This document shows positions 1 to 10,037 of a DNA stretch of 64,000 bases, piece by piece. The translations under genes were made by a program, and so were the position numbers. This DNA is from Babesia bigemina. Taxonomy: Eukaryota. The DNA lies in assembly GCF_000981445.1 (NCBI RefSeq), contig NC_027218.1:3100001-3164000 (forward strand). The letters are read 5' to 3'. The notes under the pieces were generated by a model, which was not told the origin of the DNA, made no database searches, and saw nothing but the letters and a program-made list of their open reading frames with translations. Positions within the stretch are counted from its first letter, which is position 1. Every line of letters begins with the position of its first letter.

Positions 1-1
1 T

Positions 2-3000
2 TTCCTTCACGAAGTGTCACATTTCTATGAAAAACTGTGCAAAAATGCGAAGCCTACTAATTATATGGCGAATACACCTAATGTGGTATTATATACGCTA
101 CTCGCTTGCATTCCCAAACTGCTCTCCGTAGTTCACTTTTTGTGGTACAATGTGGATGGGAAGTTCAAAAACGCTGGTGGAGGGGATTGGGCAAACGAGC
201 CAGTCGGACAGCTAACATCTGGTGTGAGTAAAATTGATAGATATCTCATTGAAATGTCCTTCGATAAGTACGGTGTCATTCCTGGTGCATTCAAGAAGGA
301 CGAGGTGCGAGGAGCTCATGAGAATGGTTATGCCAATGGTTCGGTTATTGCTTCAAACATTCCGAAATTATTGACCCATTTACATGAGAATTTCTTTAGT
401 GATGTGTTTGTAACATCGGCTTTGACCACTGCTGGCGCCCAGCCGTCCAACACGGCGAACGCCCTTGCATTGCTCAAACTCTTTTGCGAGATCGTGGACG
501 CTGATACAAATAACGAAGTTCAACAAGCTCTGGATGGAGACTTCGACAAAGATGGGTATTGTATTGAGTGGAGGGAATTAAAAGAGCATTGCTCCACACT
601 TAAAATATCGCTTGAAAATGTTTTCAATGCTCATGTCCTCTCATACACTGGTCATACGCCGAAAGCTGGAGACCTCAATACGGAAAAGTTTGCTAAGAAG
701 ATGGTTAGGTGGCTTAGAGATAATTTGGATAAAGTGGGGGGAAGTTTGAAAAACATTAAGACAGATCGCTATACAGGTGCTAGTGATTATTTCACCAAGC
801 ATTTTTTCCCTTATGGTTTTATATTTGATGACCAGAACATAGGTACGGAGATCAATGCGTCTGAGGTTCTGAAAGAGAATTGGGACAGGGTAATAGGGGA
901 GATCAGTAGATACGGTGATGGTCTGGATAAGATGGTAAAAATTCTGAAAGGCATCCGATGTGATCCTACCCATAACCATGTCAAGACGGCAGACCTTGAA
1001 GCAGATGACGAGGAGGATGAGGTTGTGATAGAGGAGTTAGATGTGAGTGATGATCTTGGAGTTGAGGGAACTCCAAACCAAGGCAAGAAAGCGGAGGGAG
1101 CACAGAACCAGGGCAAGAAAGCGGAGGGAGCACAGAACCAGGGCAAGAAAGCGGAGGGAGCACAGAACCAGGGCAAGAAAGCGGAGGGATCTTCAAACCA
1201 AAATAATGATCAAAGTGAACAAAATCCTGAAAGCTCACAAGTATTATATGGTTCTTCCGTTCCTCCTGAAGATGGTAAAAATCATGGCCCCGCTGGTTCT
1301 CCGGGTGACGCAGGCAAAAGTGCACAGGGCAGTGGTCCTCCAGTTCAACCGCCTGCTCTACCTCAAGGTTTAGGGCTCAATCAACCTCCAGGCTCCTCGT
1401 CACCTGAAGCCTCTGATACCGATAGTGCTCCAGGCGCACCGGGGCCTAAAGGTGATCCAGGTCAGACAGGGCCTACTGGTCCGGTTGCTTCTGCGTCTTC
1501 TCAAGTTCCAGATGGACAGGGGATACAAGCACCTCAGTCTACAGATCTATCCCTGTCAGTGCCTTCTCCAACCCCTCTCGCTAGTCCTGGAAGCCCTAAG
1601 CTCACTGCTCAAACTGGGGTGCTAGGTGCTGAGTCGCAGGATAATGCTTCGTTAGGCACACAGATTACAGGATCTCCACACGCTGTGCGCACTCAGGCGG
1701 CAAATGTTTCGAGCCCGCGATCTGCTGCATCTGGTAGCCTTGATCCCGGTAGTGGTCAAGCGACTCAGGATCCCCCTGATGTCGAAGTTGAAATTGTAAT
1801 GCCTTCATTGATAGATAATGGGGGCGGCTACCAACCAAGCGGAAACGGGTTTAGGGGTAATGATATTGACGGATTTGAAGATCCCAACGCCATTAATCTT
1901 CTGAAAGATTCTAATAATCATCGCGACACATTTGGAAAGGCAGACGCAGAATCCGACATTTCCTCTTATCTCGCTAAGTTACAAGAAACTTCAAAAGAAT
2001 GGTCAAACTCATTAAGACTAAATGATGCTAATCAACCGTTAAAACCCCGCGAGTTCAATGCCTTCCCTTACTATGGCGTTGCTGGAGATCTCTACAGTCC
2101 CCAATGCCGTAACCCATGGTATATCCATGATCTCTCAACAGACCCGGCCTCTGCACCCCCCTCCTCTCTCCCAGCCACCGACCATCTGCCTTCTCCAAAG
2201 ACCGTCCGGGACATGCTGTACTGGTTGGTAGGATTTAATCAAAACGGGTATATTGGTTATATTCGGAAGTATATTAAAGACCTTTTAGACGATATTAATA
2301 AAGATGCTTCGAAGGTCTCAGATACCATAGAGGTTTCTGGAAATCCCACCAAGCTGGACGCTTCCATGGTCACCCAGACCCTAACCGAGGCGTCCCTCTA
2401 CGCAGCAAACATACTTTACACGGTTAAATATCGTGATTATTACACGGCTTATAACGATTTCAAATTTGAATCGGTATATAGTCAGCTTTATTATTCCTCC
2501 GATCCCGCCTGCCTCCTATGTCAGCTGCGGGACTACGTGTACTCTTGCCACCATCAGTTGGAGTTCCTAAAGTCCAAGTGTTCTCAAGATAAATCTATTG
2601 GCGGTTGGCCGAATTGTTATTACGGCAATGATATATCATCTTCCAACTCCCTTCTCCAAGCATTCCTGACGGACGCCTACGACTCCAAGTTCAAGACGCA
2701 CCTCTTCGATCCATGCAACATCTGCTGCAAGAGCCGGGTATACATGGGATTTAAACACAAAGATCTGCCTAAACCTCGCCAAACTGGCGCCATCCTTTCC
2801 TCCATCCTCACTCCCAGCTGCGGCGGTAGTGACCCCTTGCTTACATTGTCCTCTTATCTCAACTGCCTCACCATGCGGACGCCGCGGACCACCGGGGAGC
2901 TTGTGTCGTACTTCCACCATTTCGGAAATTTAATGTATGATGCGTCCTCCAAGGGATTGTCAAACCTCGGCTCATCTCTCTCCAAGCCACACGACCACTG

Positions 3001-3709
3001 CCCCAACTGGGACCGTTTCAAGGAACCCGATATCCTCGAAGTACGGGAGCTCCGAGGTTCCGAATCTGTCAGCTCGAATCACGACGAAGACCATCCCAAC
3101 ACGCTGTCAACACTAATTGGGTGTGGGATCAAACCTCTGCACTGTCGTCGATGTTTCACGCCCATCACGCACCGGGCCTACACCATCTATTCGCCGTGCT
3201 TCGCCCACACCTACCTCAGCTGGACGGTATACCTAACCGACAGACTGTGGGAGTCACTCGAGAGACTACGTTGTGATTTAGAAGGGCATGCTAGTAACAA
3301 GTGCCCAGCACTTCACTCATGTCCAGATGCCCTGCCCCTCCTCTACACTCACGGGTTCACGCCGCTGGAAGGCACACCACAGACATCACTCACATGTTCA
3401 GAGATCATCACCAAGCTGGGGGCAGTGGTCAACGGCAAGCCTATCGCAACCCTCATGACCTGCATGGACGACTTCCTCTACAGGGTCAGGATGCCCTTCA
3501 TCTACACGCTCATGGCACTGTGGTCGGTCGCAGTACTCCTCCTCTCTTACACGATACTGTACCGCCTGGACGTCCTGTATCTCTGTTCTCACTTCATCAG
3601 GTCCAAGGCCTCCCACCTCATCGACGTCAAGGCGCTACTCACTAATAGCAGGAAGATGCTCTCACTCTACGACGCCGATTACTTTGACGATGATGACCCT
3701 ATGGGATAA
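2..3709 (+). CDS. ves-related variant surface antigen, 'ribosome-binding protein 1-like' Babesia multigene family (5'-partial)
   Basis: Frame is open from base 2 to TAA at 3709. The N-domain motifs (CIPKLL..LWYNVD..GGGDW, GVIPG, FFPYGF) are shared with the genes at 46516-52593 and 62924-64000. These are followed by a Pro/Gly/Ser linker, a Cys/His-rich domain (CLLCQLRDYVY, FDPCNIC, RTPRTTGELVSYF), one TM helix and the tail RLDVL..SH..ASHLIDVKALL...LYDADYFDDD. Confidence 0.85.
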   Translation, partial: FLHEVSHFYEKLCKNAKPTNYMANTPNVVLYTLLACIPKLLSVVHFLWYNVDGKFKNAGGGDWANEPVGQLTSGVSKIDRYLIEMSFDKYGVIPGAFKKDEVRGAHENGYANGSVIASNIPKLLTHLHENFFSDVFVTSALTTAGAQPSNTANALALLKLFCEIVDADTNNEVQQALDGDFDKDGYCIEWRELKEHCSTLKISLENVFNAHVLSYTGHTPKAGDLNTEKFAKKMVRWLRDNLDKVGGSLKNIKTDRYTGASDYFTKHFFPYGFIFDDQNIGTEINASEVLKENWDRVIGEISRYGDGLDKMVKILKGIRCDPTHNHVKTADLEADDEEDEVVIEELDVSDDLGVEGTPNQGKKAEGAQNQGKKAEGAQNQGKKAEGAQNQGKKAEGSSNQNNDQSEQNPESSQVLYGSSVPPEDGKNHGPAGSPGDAGKSAQGSGPPVQPPALPQGLGLNQPPGSSSPEASDTDSAPGAPGPKGDPGQTGPTGPVASASSQVPDGQGIQAPQSTDLSLSVPSPTPLASPGSPKLTAQTGVLGAESQDNASLGTQITGSPHAVRTQAANVSSPRSAASGSLDPGSGQATQDPPDVEVEIVMPSLIDNGGGYQPSGNGFRGNDIDGFEDPNAINLLKDSNNHRDTFGKADAESDISSYLAKLQETSKEWSNSLRLNDANQPLKPREFNAFPYYGVAGDLYSPQCRNPWYIHDLSTDPASAPPSSLPATDHLPSPKTVRDMLYWLVGFNQNGYIGYIRKYIKDLLDDINKDASKVSDTIEVSGNPTKLDASMVTQTLTEASLYAANILYTVKYRDYYTAYNDFKFESVYSQLYYSSDPACLLCQLRDYVYSCHHQLEFLKSKCSQDKSIGGWPNCYYGNDISSSNSLLQAFLTDAYDSKFKTHLFDPCNICCKSRVYMGFKHKDLPKPRQTGAILSSILTPSCGGSDPLLTLSSYLNCLTMRTPRTTGELVSYFHHFGNLMYDASSKGLSNLGSSLSKPHDHCPNWDRFKEPDILEVRELRGSESVSSNHDEDHPNTLSTLIGCGIKPLHCRRCFTPITHRAYTIYSPCFAHTYLSWTVYLTDRLWESLERLRCDLEGHASNKCPALHSCPDALPLLYTHGFTPLEGTPQTSLTCSEIITKLGAVVNGKPIATLMTCMDDFLYRVRMPFIYTLMALWSVAVLLLSYTILYRLDVLYLCSHFIRSKASHLIDVKALLTNSRKMLSLYDADYFDDDDPMG
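1064..1201 (+). repeat. 30-bp coding tandem repeat (~4 copies) encoding NQGKKAEGAQ
   Basis: aacca(a/g)ggcaagaaagcggagggagcacag units start at 1076, 1106 and 1136; a fourth at 1166 diverges to NQGKKAEGSS. Preceded by EGTP. Confidence 0.97.
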
Positions 3710-4405
3710 CTTGGTATTCAACGGTGATTGTAACATTTACACATGTCATTTATTAACTTGTGATAGATGGTGGTGCAGCCGTGGTTAGTTGTGGTGGGGG
3801 GCATTTGCGATGCTGTCGTGAACCACTAAAGTGATATAGATAGCCTACTTTCACACAAACTACAATTGCATAGCCCACGTAAGAGATGACACAGCTTGAT
3901 TTGTTAAATTAATTTTGTGGTGTCCCACATCATTATGTGGTCTACCTACATTGTTAATCAGTAAATCTTTACGGAAAACATTTTAACGTCCCGTAATGGC
4001 AGAGACTTCGCCCACCTACACAACTTATCAGCTTAATATCCTTCACATAGAATTCCTCTACTCATGTCACCCCTGATGGCACTTCTGTAGTGCAATTAGA
4101 TACTAAATTGGACCCCGTTCTTAACTTCTCGTGGCCATATACCAAGCAGAGCTTGACTAAAATAAGCACTGTTTCTACTGTTGTGCAACATCTCCACCCA
4201 TTTGTAAATATCCCAATGAATGACACAGTCATTATACAATTCACTGCTGCAGCAGTAATGGTAGAGTCGAAAAGGTAACGCTTTCCGTACGTGAGATCAC
4301 AAGTATAAATAGGTATAAGCCACCCTACATGCCCATATGAAAAGGATGCCGAAACATCAGATCGTACTGACTCATTACATAAGTTTTGCGCCACCTGCTC
4401 GGGCC

Positions 4406-5332
4406 TCACTGTTGTTTAAATGCTGAGTGCATGGCGACGATTCCGCCGGAGAGGTTGCGATAAGACACGAGCGTGAAGTTGAGTTTCGTGAGCGCCTCGG
4501 CCAGCTCCTCCTGCGTAGGGAAGCTGCGGATAGAGTCTACCAAATACTGGTACGCATTCACATCATTTGCGATATATTTCCCCAGGTTGGGTATGACGAG
4601 GTCTGAGTAGGCTTCATAGAGTGCTCCCAAGAGGCTGCTTTCACAATGGCTAAACTCGAGGATCATGAGCCTGCCACCGGGTTTGAGCACCCTGTAGCAC
4701 TCCTTGAGCCCTTGCATCCGGTCGCTGAAGTTCCGCAGCCCGAAGGCGCACGTGATGATGTCGAAGGTGTCGTCTGGTACGGGCATGTTTTCCGCCGGTG
4801 CATTGGTCCACGTGATGTCCGTGAAACCAAGGCTCGCGGCGCGCTGTTGCCCAACATCGGTCATTTCACATGATGGGTCCATGATTGTGATTTCCGGTTG
4901 GATGCGCGTTTTCGGTGAGTGCAGGATGAACCCTCCAGCGTCCTTTATACGCATGTCCTTGGCCTTGTCCAGTATGCGGAAAGCGATATCTCCAGTGCCG
5001 CCTGCGAGATCTAGGATCTTCAATACGGTAGGCCCTTCGTATTCTCTGCCCTCGAAGGTCGCTTTCGCGATTTCATTGTTAAGGTCGGCGACGGCGGTCA
5101 CTGCTTCCGTCACAAACGTATCCTTCCACAGCCGGTGGATCCCAACGCTCATCAGATCATTCATGAGGTCGTATCGCGTAGCTACGTTCGAGAAGACAGA
5201 CCGTATGAACTCGGGGGTGTAGGCGGTGGAGTATCGCCTCGTGGCGCATATGCCGCGGATATGCCCAGCTTTGGCGGCGGTGCCACGGAAAATGCCCACG
5301 GCATTGCGTAGATTTTTGAAACCGAGTGTCAT
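4406..5332 (-). CDS. COQ5: Ubiquinone/menaquinone biosynthesis C-methyltransferase (UbiE/COQ5)
   Basis: VFSNVATRYDLMNDLMSVGIHRLWK, LDLAGGTGDIA, AFGLRN, RVLKPGGRLMILEFS and YQYLVDSIRSFP motifs. Arg-rich N-terminus resembles a mitochondrial transit peptide. Confidence 0.95.
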   Translation of the reverse strand: MTLGFKNLRNAVGIFRGTAAKAGHIRGICATRRYSTAYTPEFIRSVFSNVATRYDLMNDLMSVGIHRLWKDTFVTEAVTAVADLNNEIAKATFEGREYEGPTVLKILDLAGGTGDIAFRILDKAKDMRIKDAGGFILHSPKTRIQPEITIMDPSCEMTDVGQQRAASLGFTDITWTNAPAENMPVPDDTFDIITCAFGLRNFSDRMQGLKECYRVLKPGGRLMILEFSHCESSLLGALYEAYSDLVIPNLGKYIANDVNAYQYLVDSIRSFPTQEELAEALTKLNFTLVSYRNLSGGIVAMHSAFKQQ

Positions 5333-5499
5333 TTTTTCGGAATAAAACTGCGATTTTCGCAGTTTGAACTCTGGGCCTACGCGCAGGAAGGCCTGGAAGC
5401 GTGCTCACTCGTGGTGTGTAGGTGTGTATGTTCCTGTCTACATCAAAGCAAGTTTGGTAGCCAATATTTCAAGGTGTTTGGCGCACGGCGACGTTTTGA

Positions 5500-8010
5500 T
5501 TAATCGTCGTATCTGTCTAGTTGGGGGCAGCACAGGTTGATGAAGCTGCCGTTGGCGGCTTTGGTGATGAAGTCGATCTTCTTCCAGGCAACCGCACCCT
5601 TTGTCTTTATCGATTTTATCGAATCTTCTCCTACGTAGTGCGGATCGGCAATGAGGTACGCGACGTCGCCTGCAATTTTATGATATTCTCCATATAGGTG
5701 CTGCGGTTGCGCAAGCGTACAACATTCCGGCGCCGCACTGGCAAGCAACCAACAATCACAACGGCGATTTGATGCACCCTTACCAGTCTGCGCGCCCATA
5801 CAGATTCCTAGAATAACGTATGCGAACATTCCCGCTCCCATGATGATAGGGGAGCCCACCTTTTGGAAGTGGTTTGCGATAACACAGTTGTAGTTCCTGA
5901 AGTCGTTGACGCCGCTGAGGTAGAAGGTCTTGGCGTCGTACTTCAGGTACCAGTTGATGAAGTAGCCTGCCTCGACGGTTCCGATCCACGTGGAGCTGCC
6001 CACGACCATTCCGACATGCGACGGGTCCTTCTCCTGCAGGTACCTCTGAATTTCGTCGTGCGTAGGCACAGGCCTTATAGTGTGGTACTGCAAGAGGTAC
6101 CAGCTGGCCACCATCTGTATTGAGCGGTAGCAGCATCCCCATCCGCTGTCGTTTTTGCCACCCTGATCGGCTATGATTGTTTGCGCGAGACCGCCTACCT
6201 GCAAGTAGTGGTAGTACTGGTACAGCCCCTTCACTAGTGTCGCCCTTGAGGTTTTGTTGCTCATCCACTGCGGGAACATGGCGCAGTCCAGGTGCGGCTG
6301 CAGACATTTTCGAATAGTGCCAATTGAAACGTACCGATATCAGCGCGCTACGGTCGCAGAGCTCTTTCGAGCTGAAAAGCAGTTTCAGATGCGTTGCTGG
6401 ATTAGCGTCCGTGACACATTCGCTCACCGCGCCACCTGTGTTCCGCAGAAGCCCCAGGACATTCAATGTCGTGCCTCCAAACGGGAACACGGGGTCATGG
6501 GTGTCTTCGCTGGGCACAAATGCCTTGGTGATTACGCTGATTTTCACCTTTTCGATGTCTTGACTTTTCACATCATCGCCTGAATTTTTGACTGCTACGT
6601 CGAGCTTGCCAGACACCTTGTCCAAGTTCATCGTCAGGTGTACGTTACGGGTGAAGTCACCCACGGATATTTCTACAGGCACTTCACTCTTGAGCAGTGT
6701 CACAACTGTTGACTCCTCAGTTTTGCTAGGTTTAGGAGCCGTAGGTTTTTTACTGCGACTGCTTCCAGACTTGCCCTTGCCCCCTTTGGCATTACCTTTC
6801 CCCTTTGCCGGCGCCTTGCTAACAGTTGCATCTTGTTCAGCGTCCTTTACGACACTCCTCTCCTCCGAATTGATATATACGGACGCCTGATTTAGCAGAC
6901 TTTCAGAGCCGAATGATAGGGTGGCGATATGGCGAAGTGCCTCGAGAGTCACCTCAGCCAGCTCCTCTGTAGGCTCATCTCCAACTATATCCGTCGGAGC
7001 TACGCATGTAGTTTGTAGAACTACTTGCAGCTCGGCGATAGACTCGTCTTCCGCCTCTTCTTCCCGCGGAACGGTGTATATGAGAGCGTGCTTCTTGTAC
7101 TCCTTCGTGGCGCCGAACGTGAGATGCGCGTAGCTCGGCTCGGATCCGTTTGCCAATCCTTTAGACATAGGTATATCGGTCAAATCCATGGATAGTCCCT
7201 CGTTCTCCACATTGATAAATTGTACAAGCTGGTCCTTTAAGAACGACGTTGCTGCATTGCGTAGTGCCTGGGGCAAAATCTCCATTTTCTTCAGTCCAAG
7301 CAACTCCATGGATAGTTCCACATCTTCGCTGGTATGCAATGGCACATTTGCCAAGAGTGAGGTTGCGATTGGGGTGTATCCCCTGCGGCCGATCTCCGCC
7401 ATGTCATCCTCGATCTGAAAATCATGTCAATTAAATCGGTACAAGTGCATATACAATGGATTTAGCAAGTATGCACAAACATACCCATGTTATGTCGGCT
7501 GAAAGGACTTCTTTCATCTCGCATTTCTCGTTTTGTATTGTCATAATGAAGCATTGTACTGCCTCTTGCAGGGACGGATTATCCTCTTTCTTGGGATTCC
7601 ACTTGAATACATGCAGCTCCTGGCCAAGCATGTTGTTAGGCAATAGTTCCTTGAGCTCTTCATCGCTGTTAACGCCCGTAGTGAGCACGCCGCATGGTTG
7701 CAAGTAGTTCGGGACGGTGTGGGCCGATGCCAGCTCTGCGTCCAACTTTAAACGGTGTCTAATCGGTTTAGAGCTTACCTTTAGCACCAACTGTGATATT
7801 CCTGTACGAACAAATCCATTTTGGCCCGTTGGTTTCGTCCTTGAATGCAAAAAGGCACCTCGCAATCTTCCTGTGGGCGTGTCCTTCCTCGTTGACCGGG
7901 AGGCCTTTAAAAAGGCCCAGACTTACAGATACCGCCATTGTAAAAGCAAAAATGAAAAATATCGAGTTGGACTGCTCATATACGGCCGTGCCAACCGCCG
8001 TCGTATGCAT
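5500..8010 (-). CDS. UFSP2: Ufm1-specific protease (peptidase C78), multi-exon
   Basis: Catalytic DSGWGCCYRSIQM and YLIADPHY motifs plus WIGTVE. Inferred introns at 6334-6298 (37 nt, joins the two long ORFs) and 5783-5670 (114 nt, in frame). The long N-terminal region has further exons at ~7450-8010; the start is uncertain. Confidence 0.85.
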
Positions 8011-8185
8011 CACTACCACACATCTGTACTGCCTTCTCCCATAATACTGGTCTATCCGATATTAATTATGGGCACATCGCATTTATGACCGCAATTAAGT
8101 TCGGTGTGTAAACAACTGCAGCTGCGTGACGCTACAGCGGCGCCATAGTCGGCGACCCTCGGCGCATCCGTAGCGCCATCGCAGT

Positions 8186-9931
8186 ATGAGCAGCCATTGG
8201 CAGAAGCCTTATCGTCTCTTTGCCAGATGCGTACGCGGTCTTGAGGGAGCCTTGTCAAGTGAGCTCGAGTCGCTGGGCTTTCCCAGGCACTGCCTGATAA
8301 AGGGTCGGTCCGGCGTGACCGTAGAGGAAGGCTCGTTGCGCAGGCTTTACTACTTGTCATATTTCTCGAGGTAGGTATTCATTTACGAAATGCCGGCGGC
8401 ACATACTACTGTCTTCCGCCTCTAACAGATGTATAGGTTGTGCAATGGAGTCTTTGTTGAGGCCGCATCATTTCCGTTGAGGGACAAGGCTGCCTTCACC
8501 GACAGTTGCGCCGACATAACGTGGCCTGCATTCATCCGCTCCAACGGCTCATTCTTGGTGGAATCGCGTGTGTCAGAAGGAAGTGGGTTCATCCATTGCG
8601 GCAGATACGCCTCGCAATTGGTCAAGGATGGCGTGTCGCATCACTTCGGCCGCAGCCTGGGGATGCCAACTCCGTCGGTATCGTTCAGCGACCCGGACGT
8701 CAAAGTGTTACTCCATGTCGGTGGAGGAGAAGCTAGGGTTCTAGTTGACGCCGTCGGTGGTGCCACATCAGCCCGCAGATACCGTTACAAGCCTGCCATC
8801 AGCGACATCGACCCTACGGTGGCCGTGGCGCTTCTGCATGACATCGGTTTCGCATCCCTCCATACTAGCCATTCCGACCTGAATGAATACGAACGCTTAT
8901 GTACAGGTATGAGTGAAGATGGGATTGCATCTGTGCGTGGAAATGAACACCAAATGGACGCAGCCTCTCCATGCCATCCAGCGGCAACAAAACTACGGTC
9001 ACCAGAGTGTCCCCTCGCCGATGGGAGCAATATCGCATCTCAAAGCTCCGATCCTTGTACAGGATTTACAAAACTTCACAGTCCGAGCAACAGTGCTTCT
9101 GATAAAACTATAGCTCCCACTGATGGCAGTGTGGTCGACTTGTTCTGCGGCTGTGGTACAGTTCTGATCGAGGCGGCCATGATGGCAGCACGTATAGCGC
9201 CAGGGTCACTTTGGTCAAGCTTCGCGTTTCAAAAATTCGGTATATACGATGATGTGTCGTTTAGGCGCCTGCAAAGATATGCAGCCGGGACCACCTTGCC
9301 CAAGGACTCCGAAGCTTACCAGTCGCTACTCGGTAGCTTTGTGGGCATAGAATCCTGCTGGGAAAAGGTCGAAGCGTGCCTCTACTCCGCAGAGCGGGCC
9401 GGAGTGCTCGACCTACTCCGTGTCACGCAGAGCGACTATTTGAAGGACGGTTTGTATACTTCCCACCGTAGCCGCAGAAACGGCGAGCGGTGGCGGTACC
9501 TCATAGCGCAGCTTCCGCGTCTCAAGTGCAAGTTCAACGACGTACCTGACCATGATGGAGGCATCTCAGTCGATAGCACATGTAACAGGAAGAGCGCCAG
9601 TGGTGTAAACTCGTTGCCACCGGCGGCGGACCGCCATACGAAACATACACGGCCCACCCAAAATAGAAAGGCGCAACGGAGCTCTTCAGCCGTCTCTGCA
9701 CTAGATCCGCTTCGCTACTACAAGCTGGTGCACAACATATCTAAATTCAGGCAGCGGTTCTTTGAGGATGACGCTAAGTGCGTGCTGGTAGCACCATCCT
9801 TGTTGCAACTGCCAGACCTGGAGGCCGCATACGGCGGTCCGCTGCGTGGTGGCCGGGCGTTCGTAAAGTCAGGAGTGCCATCAATGGCCTACCATAGCCA
9901 TCAGAAGGATGACCCTAACAAGTGGTTTTAA
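8186..9931 (+). CDS. THUMP-domain RNA methyltransferase, RlmL/UPF0020-like (2 exons)
   Basis: Exon 1 LFARCVRGLEGALSSELESLG resembles the RlmL N-terminus. Intron ~8371-8428 (GTAGG..CTAACAG). RRYR..PA..DPTVAVALL and SAM-binding VDLFCGCGTVLIEAAMMA..IAPG motifs. Confidence 0.75.
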
Positions 9932-10037
9932 TTGTGACTAATTTACATGGCCATTGTTTCCGCTTTATGTGATGTACGAGCTGCATGCGCCGCTCCCTCC
10001 GCTCTCACCCAGGTGATTGTTGCTTGATTGAGAATTG

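Noticed and set aside
2..3709. True RRBP1 orthologue
   Set aside because: Similarity is limited to the decapeptide repeat; architecture and C-terminal TM match the parasite antigen family.
5780..6297. Apparent overlap or frameshift between the 540-aa and 259-aa ORFs
   Set aside because: Explained by a 37-nt GT-AG intron (6334-6298).
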